Positions 48,901 to 60,226 of a stretch of DNA of 64,000 bases are shown here, piece after piece. Where the stretch lies: NCBI RefSeq assembly GCF_001194135.2, contig NC_069006.1, forward strand, positions 3,636,717-3,700,716. Reading direction: 5' to 3'. Position numbers and translations under genes: made by a program. The stretch's first letter is position 1. The number at the start of each line of letters is the position of its first letter. Below the pieces are notes generated by a model, which made no database searches, was not told the DNA's origin, and was given only the letters and a program-made list of their open reading frames with translations. The stretch comes from Octopus bimaculoides. Lineage: Eukaryota.

Positions 48901-51900
48901 CGTCGTCTTGCTGCTGCAGCTCTTCTCGTTCTTGTTGCATCTCTTGGTTTTGCTTGTCTTCTTGTTTCTGTTGTCTCTCGTCATTATCATCATCTTGTTC
49001 TTGTTCTGGTTGCCGTTTCTCTTGCTGCTGCTGCTGCTGCTGCTGTTGATGTTGTTCTTGTTGCTCTATAGAATGGGACTTTGAAACGTCGTCGTCATAA
49101 ATCTTCTCCTCCGAGAGGCTCATATCAAAGCCGGGCATCTTTTTGCCAATCTTCTTCAGCAGCATGGCATCCAGTCCATAAAACCTCTGCTCAATCTTTT
49201 CACAGATCTTCTTATTCATGTCAGAGTTATTCAACAGTTTTTCACTTTTATGCGGAGAATGCAAGCTGTAAACCTTCTTGGATCGTTCGATGAAGTTGAA
49301 CTTGGTTTTCATCTTACATTCTTTCTCACTGAACAGTTTCGAGGATTTCTCAGGGCAGATTATGTTGTAGACATCGTCAGATGCATCATCAAAGTCATAA
49401 ATGTGATGACCAATGTTGCGATTCGTGTCTGTGTGGCTACCCTGTGTTTTGTCTATGGGGCTAGGGTTACTGGTAGAGATTTTATTGCAGGGCTCATTGT
49501 CGGTAAGCTTGTTCTCCTCGCTTTCACACACAATAAGTTTATTGCCATCACCTTCACCACCATATTCACTCAAGTCAAAATTATAGATCATTGCATTTCC
49601 TTTCTTCATGTTGTCGGATGGTGCTGACAGTTTATCAACTGAAGACGCATTGTTCTCTTTATCGGAAACAGATTTCTCTTCTGAGATTTCTTCTTTATTT
49701 TCGCTGGTCACTTCTAGAATTTTGCTCTTGTCCAATTCTTGGACAGCATCAGGAGTGTCGAGTGACAGGACTGAATCACAGCTCTCCTTCAGCAACAAAT
49801 ACGGAGTATCGAGTTTGAAGTTTTTCATCAACTGTTTTCTAACTTTAATTTCCAGCCAGTCAGGTTTTATCTTATCAGAATTACAGTCAGTATTTGGTCT
49901 TTTGGCATCAATAAACACCTCAGATACATTCTCCCCCAATTCTTTAACAATGTAAGGATTATCGATGTCTTTGATGCCCAACGGTACATGGCTTTCAATT
50001 TGGACAGACTTTTCTTTGATGCCATCTAAATCAGTTGGTTCGCCTTGCTCACCATTGGGCTGTTCTACTTTTTCATTGAAACCAATTGGGAACAAAAGAA
50101 ATTCCGGTGCCTTTTCACAAACGTTCTTGGAAAGAAAATCAGAAACGGTTTTCTTAACTTTCTCTGTCTCATGAATTTTCTCAAATTTCTTTATTTGTTC
50201 AGAATCTTGAATTTTCTCTGTGATGTTTTCTGATTTCTCAAAATCATAAACATCTTCCACCCCATGTTCTACTTTATCCCCATCTCCTCTTTCCTCCTCC
50301 TCCTCCTCCTCTTCAGCTTCGGTCTTCTCCAGTTTCACACATTCTTCCTTTGTGTCTTCCATTTCACTCTTCACAGTTTCGCTCTCTCCACTTTCGAAAC
50401 CACTTTGCTTCGCTTCTTTCTCGCTGTCATCGACAAAGTCAGTTGCGCTTTCTTTCAGATCTTCACATGAAGACGTTCTCTTAATCTTCTGTTTTATCTC
50501 GGGATCCACATCAATGGTCACCTGATCTTTGACTGGCAAAGATTCCACCTTTACTGAATCTTCTTCTGCCTTCGGGCTGACTAAACCACCAAAGTCTTTC
50601 ACTGTTAGAGACTTCACGTCAGTCTGTTCCTCTTTCGGTTCCTGCTCATTGGCAAAAATCTCATCCTCGTCTTCTTCCACCAGTGGCATTTTCAATACAT
50701 TCTTTTTAGAACTTTTCTTTGACTTGGTTTCATGCTTTTTCTTTTCTTTCTTCTTTTTCTTCTTGCTTTTGTTTGGTTTGCTCAACACATCTGGTGGTTC
50801 CTCTTCCGTATCAGCATGGTGGCTCTCTTCAGGATCTTTTGTGACCGCTTCGCCTTGATTAACATCCAAAAACAGACAGTCTTCAGTCTTATGAGAGAAA
50901 ACTTCTTTGTTGGATTTCCGTTTTGCAAATGGTTTCACATCTTCTAAGTCAGCTGCCACTGTGTCATCGGCGTCATTGTCGGACACTGCACAAGTGGCAG
51001 AAGGTAAAGTGGATGTTGTCAAAGTTGTGACCTCGCCAGAAGGACTTTCAGTAGTGATAGTTGTTGTAATGGTGTTTGTGGTCATTGTTGTAGTAAAAGT
51101 GAGTTGTTCTACCTCAGTTTTAACACTTTCGCCTCCGCTGGGGTAGTTTTCTTCAGACTTTACAGGGAAATAATCTTCACAAGGCATGTCCATGTATTCC
51201 ATATCCGTTCCTTCAGCTGTCAATGGGTTTATATCAGAGCTTTCAGGAAGGCTGCTATCGAATGTTGCTAAAGACTTTAACACACCTTTTTCTTCTTTGC
51301 TCACTTTATTGTCGGTGGATCTTTTTGATTTCTTCTTCTTCTTCTCAGATTTTTTCTTCTTTTCCTTACCAGAAGACTTCTTGCGGTTGGTCTTCTCACT
51401 TTTCTCAATTGTAGCTTCATCTTGGCTGTCTTTTCTAGCATCGCCAGAACTACTTCTCTGTTCTTGTAAAATCAACAATGAACTGCTTATTCTCTCTTTC
51501 GGTAATTTTGATGGAAGTTCTTTGTAGTCTTTCTCATCTGGATCGCTATCGGACGACACATCAAGGACAGTTTTAGGCTTTTTGTGCAGAGGTCGAGTTT
51601 TAGGAGAGGGTTTCTTTGATTCCCGTTTACTCGGCATAGGCACAAATGTAGGGGGTTCTTCTTCAGACGAAGAACTTTCAATCACGTTGCGTTTCTTCTT
51701 CTTACTTGAAGTCTCATCTTTCTCTTCGATTAATGTTTCCTTTTTAGAAGCCACAAAAGACGTACTTGTACTGCTTTCGTCGTCAGTGTTTTGTACACTA
51801 CTTTCTGTCTCGTCACTGCGGCTTGGCTTACTGCCCCTCTTTTTGCGTGTATTCTTCAGTTGATTCAATTTCTTCCTCATGTCTTCCATTTCTTTGTCCT

Positions 51901-54900
51901 TGTTGTTGCAGGATCTCCGCTTCACCTTGTCGTACATAGACACGTACGGGCCATAGGCATCGAGGTAGAACTCGCTTTTCTTTTCGTCCCCAGATTTTTC
52001 TTTTTCAGATTTTTCCTTGTCTGACTTTTCCGTTTTCTCCATACTTTCAGATTTGTCGGATTTCTCAGTCTTTTCCGATCGATCAGATTTATCCGATCTG
52101 TCCTTCTCAGACCTTTCTGGTTTCTCTTTATCAGATTTATCAGGTTTATCTGGCTTGTCTTTGTCAGGTTTCTCCTGTTTATCTTTATCAGGCTTTCCTT
52201 TATCTGGTTTTTCCTTCTCTGGTTTGTCTTTATCAGTTTTATCTTTATCTGATTTCTCTTTTTCTTTTTCAGACTTTTCCTTTTCGGATTTTTCAACTTT
52301 CTCGGATTTTTCCTTCTCCGACTTCTCTTTATCACTTTTCTCTCGTTCAACTTTCTCCTTCTCTCCTTTCTCACACTTGTCAGACTTTTCACTTTTCGAG
52401 TCTTTCTCCGACTTCTCAAAGCGTTCGGTTTTGTCCTTTTCCTGTTTCTCGGATTTTTCACATTTTTCCTTTTCACTCTTTTTCCTATCGGAGCTCAAAC
52501 GAGTGCTGTCTTTCCGACTGCGTTCCGATGCACTTCGATTGCTTTTCTCCGATTTGTGATGAGTCTTGCAAGATTTTGTTGAATCTGCTTCAGATTTCGT
52601 TTGGTCATGTTTATGGTGAGACTTGCTACTTGACTTTGGAGTGGATTCACTCTCAACTTTCTCACTCTCGTGTTTATGGTGAGATTTACTTGGTTTCAAG
52701 TTGTCAGCTTCACTTTTATCGTGTTCACTTTTACTAGACTTAGATTTGCTAGAGTCTACCTCTTGTTTCTCCTGACTGTCGACAGATTTATGATGAGATT
52801 TTGCTAACGGCTTACCTGCTTCGTTCTCCGACTTGTCACTGCCATCAGACTTGTGATGTGATTTTGTCGTCTTAGAAAGCTCAGGTTCAGTTTTATCAGA
52901 CTCTGCCTTGTGATGATATTTAGTGGCTTTTGACTGATTCTCATTGTCTGGCTCACTACGCTGTTGGCTCTTGCTAGATTTTGCAGCATCACTTTTGACA
53001 CCATCACCTCTCTCTTTCTCTTCTTTATCCTCTTCAGATTTCCTGTGGGACTTTACAGATTTTAATGGAGTGTCACTTTCTGCTTTGTCGTTTTCTGTTT
53101 TGTGACTCGTTCGTCCATTTTTTGAAGCGTCACCTTCACCGCTTTTGTCCTCGCTTTTGCTTTTCGATCGACTTTCAGTTTTCGACTTGGAGGATTTCTC
53201 TCTCTTGTGACACTCTTTCACCTCCGACTCACTTTTGCTGCTCTCTTTACGTTCTTTCTCGACTTTACCCTCAATGCTCTTTGAACGGTTTTTGTCTCTT
53301 TTTTCTGACTTCTCGTGTTTCTTTTCAGAGTGTGTCGCCTTTGCTTTGCTCTTTTCCTCAACTTCATTTCCCCCGCAATCTTTGTTATTGGATTTACACT
53401 TATCAGAAGAGCGCTCGCACTCCTTCTCAGTTTTCACACTGCTTTTCGACTCCTTTTTCTGAGAAGTGGACTCGGCTGATTTTTTCTCCTCTTTCCTGTC
53501 AACTTCATTTGTTTCTTTCTTCTCCGTCTTTTCCCGACTTGGTAACTTAACCAATTTCTTTTCTGGTGACTTGCTCGGTTTATTTAGAGAGCTTGATGAC
53601 ACCTTCTTGTCGCCGTCATCTTTAACTTTGCTAGAATCACTGTGTTTTGCTTTCTTTCTGTGCTGCTGCACGGGAGTGGTCACTGGCTGTCCTTGAGCCA
53701 TCAGTGGTTGAGGTTGAGTGGGAGTTTGACTTTCCTCTTTGATGAGTTGTTTCTCAACAGTTTCACTTCTCACAACTTCGGTTAGTTTTGAGGAAGGACA
53801 GTTTTTTGGTTCGATTTTCATCATCTTATTCCTGACAGCATCAAATTCCTCACAAGATTTCCTTTTACCTAAACAGGAAACAGAGGACGTGGACGGTATA
53901 GAAACAGGACTAGGGACAACATCCCTTTTCTCTTTTGCATCAAATTCACTGGTTTCTTCCAGCTTGAGATCTTTCTTTGGTGGTATCCAGTCAGCACCCT
54001 CCTTCTTGACTTCAATACCTAAAGGGCCTGTTGCCTCCTTCTTGACCACAATATCAGGGGTATGGTAAGATGGACTGACCACAGGACTAGTAGAGCCAAC
54101 CAGAGAGCTTTCTGCAGTGGATTTTACAGAAAGTGAACTAAATTCAACTGGTGATGAGGTGGATGTTGAAGGTAACACTTGAGAAGGATCCTCATTTTTG
54201 ACAGACAAATCAGTTGTGCTGGAGGTAACCAAGTGTTTTTTCATTGAAGGAAATGTATCAGCTGGTGATTTGGTAGGGGAGCTGTTAGCAACTGCAGAAT
54301 TTGACCAGAATTGTGGGGTACTGGTGGTGGTGGTGGTGGAGGTGGAAGAGGAGGTGGTGTTGGTGGTTGTGGTAGTTATGGTGGTAGTGGTGGTGGTGGT
54401 AGTAGTGGCGGTGACACCTATCACAGGATGCTGGGGATAAACACCAGGAATGAAGTGTGGGTAGGGGGAAGAGACGTTCAACGTTGATACAAATGGATTA
54501 TAAAGAGGGCTGAAGTTCTGGGGCATTGTTGGGGGCATTTCTTTGGCAGCTGCTTTTGTACGGATGTTCATCTTGGGGGGAGAGTCCTCCATGTTGATGG
54601 TGATCTCCTTCGGTTCATATTTCTCATTTATCTGCTCCAAGCGTTTAGAGTCTTGGTCAAATATACTGGACCGTGACAGTAGAGATTTCACAATATCAGA
54701 TGGTTCACTGCGTAAATTAGAAGATAAAACACCAGATCCACTTAAAGAAGATTCCTTTTTTTTAATCTTATATTTGCCGTATAATCCAGGTGTTGAGGTG
54801 TCAACTGGCCGAGGAACTGGTGCCATATTTAGTTTTTTGTCTAACTGACGGATTTTTTCATCCAAAGAAGAACAGCTAAGTTCACTCAAGCTGTCAGATA

Positions 54901-57900
54901 AATTATCTTCAGCATCTGGATTGGGGATCATGGACTTAGAGCCACTGGAACTGGCAGCTAGGTCCTTGCTCAGCTGGTCCTCTTCCTTTTGGTCCTGCAA
55001 TGCTAAACCTGACTCGGGTAAATTTGAATTAGCCGTATCATGAGAAATATCAGACAGTGAACCGGCAGGAGACATGACCGGGGACTGCGATTTGCTACTG
55101 CTCTGTGGCGAGAAACAAGGTGAACGAACTTTAGGTCCCGCAGGCATCGGTGGTGGTGAAGGACATAGCTGTGGAGACTCCATAGGAGAAGCATTATGCT
55201 TCAATGCAAACCGAGGCAATGGTAAAGAAAGAGGTTCCTCTTTCTTTATTTCATGCCGAGGGTCTTGAATAATCTCATCAACTGACATCTCCTTCTTGAT
55301 GATTTTAGTGCCAGACTCAGAATTGTCTTTCGACGTTATCATGTGGACCATTTTATATTCTCTGGATTCTTTGTGACTGGATTCCGTAGAATCTCGATTG
55401 TGTTCTGAATGCCTGGATTGTTCTTTAAACCGACCAATTACAGTGGAAAGTTCATCTTTGCCCGCTTCTCGACTTGACCGCCGTACTGTACTTTCATCAA
55501 CTTCCATTGACTTATGGTCTTTCTCATCATCACTGCTGACTGCACCACTTCTTTTCATTCGATAGAATCTGCCGCTGCGGACACCAGATACCACTTCGTC
55601 CCCTTCCAATTTCTTTTTACGTTTAGGCTTAAATGACGTCAAAATGACGGTCGGCGACGTAATAGTCAATTCCTCCTCTCCCTCGCTATCCATTCCATCA
55701 AGCATCACAACTTTCTCAGCAACCTTTTTCGGTTTTGAAATCGATTCTCCTTGGGTTTGTTCCAGTAGTCGCCGAGCTTCCATTTGTTTGCGAAAACTCT
55801 GTGACGGTTCTAGTTTACGTTTCTCTTTGCTGTGTAACTCTGCCGCTAACCCATGCCGTAAACTGCCGAGAAGAGACTCGTCTGGTCGAATCTTTCGCGG
55901 CACAATACGGCCACGGCCGTCATCACGCAGTTCGTCATGCGTTGAGGATTCATTGTCACTCGTGCTGCCAGCATCCTCAAGTTGCTTCAGCTTCTCAAGC
56001 AGCAATCGTTTCTCTCGATGAAGATGGCCAAGATCAGTTTCTGTGAACGAGCCATGATCAGAGTCATCATGGGCACTAGAATGACTAGAGCCAGTGTGAC
56101 TCGGATCTAACAACTTGTGTCGGCTCATTCGACGCTTTTCGTGATGTAGTTCTTCCACCTTTTTTAGTAGCACCTGGTGTCTGTCCTGGATTAGTGATTC
56201 AACCAACCGACTTGAAGATGGTTGTTGAGATTTGTGGAGTCGCGACGACAGTATATCATGCTTGCTATCATCAAATTCTCGACTCTTCTTACGTGCTGAT
56301 GTCAACTCGGACCGCAATCGCTCGCTTTCCCCTTTTACATAAGATATTGCAGGGTTCCCAAGACACTTCACACTGTAAACTTTCTCGTGCTCTACGGCTC
56401 GAAGAGATTCAATCTTATCGTCTGTTCTGCACATTTTTTTAATATCTCCTGTCCGTTCAAACTCGTCGAACGGACTAATTGGTCGAATTTTTGAATAAAT
56501 GGGTGGTTCCTCCTCTGTGGGTGTTGGTGGGGTCTGCGGTGTCTGGGGAGATTTGGGTCGGAAAACCGAATCTTTTCTCCTCTCTCTGAGGGGCGTCCGG
56601 CTTCGACTCCGACTTTCTGTCCGACTCCCACTTTTACTCCGACTACGGCTTTTACTTCTTCGCCTCACCGGAGAATGTCTGTAAGGAAAGTCTAAAGTAG
56701 TCGGGCTGTGGTCCCGAGATGACTGCTTCAACCGATTTTCTGTTCGTGAAGAATACTTTATTTTTGATGACGTTGAGTGTCTGTCTGAGATTTCTAAAGA
56801 GTGGTGGTCAAGCCAGGAGTCATCACGCCCCCCAGTATCACTCACTGCACTATCACTGCTATAATATTCATACCGGTCTTTACTGAAACTTTCGTCATAA
56901 CGACTGCCTCGACTTGACTCCTTGTCTAAATTCGAATGTCGGTCTTCCCGATAAGGACTATGGTAACGACGCGGTGGAGTAACATTGCCCCGTTCTCGTC
57001 TTTCCCTTTGACTATAACCATATTCTCTCAATTCCTGCTCATAGGAATCCTCTTCAGTGAAAGGAGGAGCACTGCCTTGGCTGTACTCATCTATGTGCCT
57101 ACAAAATATAAAGAATATATAAAAATCAGAACAGTTTGCAAATAAAGATCACAACAACTACGACAACTACAACAACATTCAGAGTAAATTTGAGCATTTT
57201 TGACAAATGTTAGTTTTCTAAGACTGTGGGGAAACGGTAAATCTTTGACATCACACCTTAGTGATTGATTAGATCAGGGGTTTAACAAGAGTTAAATAGG
57301 GGTTAGGACAATAGTGATTGATTAGATCAGGGGTTTAACAATAGTTAAATAGGGGTTAGGACAATAGTGATTGATTAGATCAGGGGTTTAACAAGAGTTA
57401 AANNNNNNNNNNNNNNNNNNNNNNNNNNNNNNNNNNNNNNNNNNNNNNNNNNNNNNNNNNNNNNNNNNNNNNNNNNNNNNNNNNNNNNNNNNNNNNNNNN
57501 NNNNNNNNNNNNNNNNNNNNNNNNNNNNNNNNNNNNNNNNNNNNNNNNNNNNNNNNNNNNNNNNNNNNNNNNNNNNNNNNNNNNNNNNNNNNNNNNNNNN
57601 NNNNNNNNNNNNNNNNNNNNNNNNNNNNNNNNNNNNNNNNNNNNNNNNNNNNNNNNNNNNNNNNNNNNNNNNNNNNNNNNNNNNNNNNNNNNNNNNNNNN
57701 NNNNNNNNNNNNNNNNNNNNNNNNNNNNNNNNNNNNNNNNNNNNNNNNNNNNNNNNNNNNNNNNNNNNNNNNNNNNNNNNNNNNNNNNNNNNNNNNNNNN
57801 NNNNNNNNNNNNNNNNNNNNNNNNNNNNNNNNNNNNNNNNNNNNNNNNNNNNNNNNNNNNNNNNNNNNNNNNNNNNNNNNNNNNNNNNNNNNNNNNNNNN

Positions 57901-60226
57901 NNNNNNNNNNNNNNNNNNNNNNNNNNNNNNNNNNNNNNNNNNNNNNNNNNNNNNTTAGTGATTGATTAGATCAGGGGTTTAACAAGAGTTAAATAGGGGT
58001 TAGGACAATAGTGATTGATTAGATCAGGGGTTTAACAAGAGTTAAATAGGGGTTAGGACAATAGTGATTGATTAGATCAGGGGTTTAACCAATTACCCCA
58101 AAATATATTTATTTGTGCCAATGTTACCCCCTTGATTTGAAAGGAAGAAAATCATAGATTCTTTGAATTCAAAAAGTTTATTGAATCTATTTATATGGAG
58201 AATACAATTATAAATATAAAAACTATTAAAAAAATGTGATAAAATAAATATCACTATGAAGCAAAAGGATTTTCCTAGAAACTTTTCCACTTCAGGTTTC
58301 GGAGAAACGAGCTTTCATTTTTGTTACAATTACATCAAAATTGGAGCATTTTGATGTCAAAGCAATTTGGATACAGTCTTTGTGGTCCAATCAATTACTC
58401 TGCTTTGTTTGTATGTTCATTAGAGTGGAAAATCCTTGTTTGCAAAAGGCAGCAACTTTTTGACTGTTTCCTCATGCCAGAAGAAAAATTTTCTGTTGTA
58501 ACAAGGAACATGTTTTTAATATAATCTTACTTTATCCCCAAGAATTTCATTTTTACCTCACCTAGGGTAATTTACCCCGGTTCGCCAAACCCTGGATTAG
58601 ATAATAATGGCGATTGGTTGAATGATGATAACTAATGAGATGACAATGGCAGTTGATTAAATGACAATGACAATTAATTCGATAGACAACTTGATTGATA
58701 AGATAATGATGAAGATTAATTGACGACGATTAATTAGATGCTAAAAATGATTGGTTATATAGACAACTTGATTCATAATGATAAAATATTAGATGACAGT
58801 GAAGATAGATTAAATGATGCTGAAGACTGAGGAGTGAATAAATCTATAAATTAAAAAAAATTTTTTTTTTTTCAAGTTTTTGGCTGACATTTTTAGATAA
58901 TTCAACTTACCTTTGCCTTTGNNNNNNNNNNNNNNNNNNNNNNNNNNNNNNNNNNNNNNNNNNNNNNNNNNNNNNNNNNNNNNNNNNNNNNNNNNNNNNN
59001 NNNNNNNNNNNNNNNNNNNNNNNNNNNNNNNNNNNNNNNNNNNNNNNNNNNNNNNNNNNNNNNNNNNNNNNNNNNNNNNNNNNNNNNNNNNNNNNNNNNN
59101 NNNNNNNNNNNNNNNNNNNNNNNNNNNNNNNNNNNNNNNNNNNNNNNNNNNNNNNNNNNNNNNNNNNNNNNNNNNNNNNNNNNNNNNNNNNNNNNNNNNN
59201 NNNNNNNNNNNNNNNNNNNNNNNNNNNNNNNNNNNNNNNNNNNNNNNNNNNNNNNNNNNNNNNNNNNNNNNNNNNNNNNNNNNNNNNNNNNNNNNNNNNN
59301 NNNNNNNNNAAGTATCCAATTTAGAAATTAACTTTAACCCTTTACTATTTAAACTGGCAATATCCAACCCCAATATTCTACCTGTTTTGTGTTTAAACTG
59401 GCCAGATTTGGCCTCTCACACCAAACTTACATCATCATTTAACGTCCGCTTTCCATGCTAGCATGGGTTGGACGATTTGACTGGGGACTGGCAAACCAGT
59501 TGGCTACACCAGGCTCCAGTCTAATCTGGCAGAGTTTCTACAGCTGGATGCCCTTCCTAACACCAACCACTCCGAAAGTGTAGTGGGTGCTTGTAAATCA
59601 TCCTCCTCATCATCATCATCATACAGCCATTTTCCATGCTGGCATAGATTGGACAGTTTGACCGAAGCTGGTAAGCCAGAGAGTTGCACCAGGTTCCTTA
59701 GTCTGTTTTGCCTTTGTTTCTACAGCTGGATGCCCTTCCTAACTCCAACCATTCCACAGAGTTGTTGGCATGGGTGCCTTATTATGTCTCATTAGCACTG
59801 GTGCATTTTACATCTCACCGACACGGGTGCCTTTTACAAGTACGGGTGCCCTTTACATGTCATTGGTATGAGTGCCTTTTACACATTACCACTAAAATCT
59901 CAAAGCTACGAGACAAACCATGATTACTTCAAAGCAATATGAATAAATAAACGTGATATGTGATGGAGTAATCTGAATATTAAAGGGTTAAGCAAGAAAG
60001 TAAAACAGAACTACTTGTACAGAAATGAATCCAGTCTTTACCGTGCAGTGTCTTCTTTGTAAGCAGACGGCGTTGCCGGTGAATCGTAATATTCAAAGCT
60101 TGTTCCTCTGTTGTGTCTATATAAGCGACCACCTCGCTCATCTGGACGTTCTCCAGGCTGCAACTGGCCAGTCCGTTCCATTTTCTCAAAAAATGCTGTT
60201 TGACAATCTCGACTTGCAAAATCAAT
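32039..60226 (-). CDS. SPEN: split ends / SPEN (SHARP, MINT) transcriptional corepressor, 5'-partial; join of 9 exons, 5,478 aa in window (end of last RRM to SPOC domain)
   Basis: All nine exons have GT-AG boundaries and compatible phases (0/2, 2/1, 1/0, 0/1, 1/0, 0/0, 0/0, 0/0, 0/stop). The first exon reads IDFASRDCQTAFFEKMERTGQ, the end of the last SPEN RRM. The last exons encode a SPOC domain (KYEIMWQGLLALKND...LRISQRMRLE...GFISYLSSKQAAGIVNV...PAYVVHIFPPCEF...HLVIVITTV*). The upstream RRM exons were not found in the window. Confidence 0.95.
33203..33361 (-). CDS. SPEN: SPEN SPOC domain exon 2, 159 bp (LTEEYCMLLALP...KQAAGIVNVSNPESQQ)
   Basis: Acceptor tgtttgtttcag|TTGACA and donor CAGCAG|gtatac; SPOC motif FISYLSSKQAAGIVNV. 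Confidence 0.95.
34270..34473 (-). CDS. SPEN: SPEN SPOC domain exon 1, 204 bp (KYEIMWQGLLALKND...VAKRMQ)
   Basis: Acceptor ttccttacag|AAATAT and donor ATGCAG|gtaagt; SPOC signature WQGLLALKND and LRISQRMRLE. Confidence 0.95.
34805..35015. mobile_element. piggyBac-type MITE, same family, opposite orientation
   Basis: TTAA|CCCTTTAGCACTCAGA ... AATGCTAAAAGGT|TTAA; interior is the reverse complement of 40793-41004. Confidence 0.75.
35974..36738 (-). CDS. SPEN: SPEN exon, 765 bp, pre-SPOC region (LSSQGNH...AYDTIVMLQ)
   Basis: Acceptor ttttcatttctag|TTGTCT and donor TTACAG|gtaagt; exactly 255 codons. Confidence 0.9.
37351..37547. repeat. Near-perfect 90-bp inverted repeat with a 17-nt loop in a SPEN intron
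   Basis: 37351-37440 is the reverse complement of 37458-37547 with one difference (37412/37486). Confidence 0.95.
38200..38610 (+). mobile_element. Degenerate RTE-type reverse transcriptase relic in a SPEN intron
   Basis: RNYRSVKL, then DEMKFTFEPGQSIMNTIFLLRPLQEQF (from 38331), KAFDKVP and IVRAMQAMY; many stops and indels. Confidence 0.75.
38941..39170 (-). mobile_element. tRNA-derived SINE (family 2)
   Basis: GAGCTGGCAGAAACGTTAGCACG...CTGAGTTCAAATTCCGCCGAGGTCGACTTTGCCTTTCATCCTTTCGGGGTCG. Older partial copies lie at about 32830-33050 (+) and 40040-40320 (-). Confidence 0.75.
39289..39923 (-). CDS. SPEN: SPEN exon, 635 bp, Q/P/S-rich with poly-Q
   Basis: Acceptor gccatttcag|TGCTG and donor CACCAA|gtaagt; within ORF 39229..40023. 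Confidence 0.87.
40793..41004. mobile_element. piggyBac-type MITE in a SPEN intron
   Basis: TTAA|CCCTTTAGCATT ... AATGCTAAAGGG|TTAA: perfect 12-bp TIR and TTAA TSD. Confidence 0.85.
41063..41201 (-). CDS. SPEN: SPEN exon, 139 bp (PIEKVPNPLRASLE...SEQQHK)
   Basis: Acceptor ttcattttgcag|CCAATT and donor CATAAAG|gtattg. Its 0-to-1 phase change is required to join the flanking exons. Confidence 0.82.
41669..42870 (-). CDS. SPEN: SPEN exon, 1,202 bp (ATQSELMPMS...ETSPKGQ)
   Basis: Acceptor ttttgtttcag|CAACC and donor GGCCAG|gtaagg; within ORF 41579..42925; phase matches both neighbours. Confidence 0.88.
44080..57098 (-). CDS. SPEN: SPEN giant central exon, 13,019 bp, low-complexity/disordered region
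   Basis: Acceptor tatattttgtag|GCACATA and donor CAAGCAG|gtaagt. It is in frame with ORF 44018..57031. It contains RS-rich, K/E-rich, poly-Q/E/D/T tracts and the SPEN-like islands LLSRSSIFDQDSKRL and YVSMYDKVKRRS. Confidence 0.92.
57259..58089. repeat. 53-bp minisatellite spanning a gap
   Basis: Unit TAGTGATTGATTAGATCAGGGGTTTAACAAGAGTTAAATAGGGGTTAGGACAA starts at 57259, 57312, 57365 and, after the gap, at 57956, 58009, 58062. Confidence 0.95.
59338..59987. mobile_element. piggyBac-type MITE split by RTE 3'-end insertions
   Basis: TTAA|CCCTTTACTATTTAAAC 5' half to about 59420; 3' half from about 59890 ending GTAATCTGAATATTAAAGGG|TTAA. Confidence 0.7.
59423..59885 (-). mobile_element. Two tandem RTE 3'-end copies nested in a piggyBac MITE
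   Basis: The CATCAT..TTTAACGTCCGCTTTCCATGCTAGCATGG and CTACAGCTGGATGCCCTTCCTAA blocks occur twice. Confidence 0.75.
60042..60226 (-). CDS. SPEN: SPEN exon: end of last RRM (IDFASRDCQTAFFEKMERTGQ...KEDTAR), 185 bp
   Basis: Acceptor ttttgtttgtag|ATTGAT and donor GCACG|gtaaag. The terminal CG joins the first G of the next exon to make Arg. This frame is not in the ORF track. Confidence 0.9.

Noticed and set aside
44226-56684. Many plus-strand and off-frame ORFs overlapping the giant SPEN exon
   Set aside because: Shadow ORFs of low-complexity coding sequence (poly-L/S/F/V); no domain or independent signals.
44018-57031. The 4,337-aa ORF as a stand-alone single-exon gene
   Set aside because: It starts at TTG and has no recognisable domain alone. 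Splice sites at 57098 and 44080 join it in frame to RRM and SPOC exons, so it is an internal exon.
57259-58089. 53-bp array as a CRISPR array or interstitial telomere
   Set aside because: Units are contiguous with no unique spacers, there are no cas genes and the context is eukaryotic. It contains only a single GGGGTTAGG per unit, not (TTAGGG)n.
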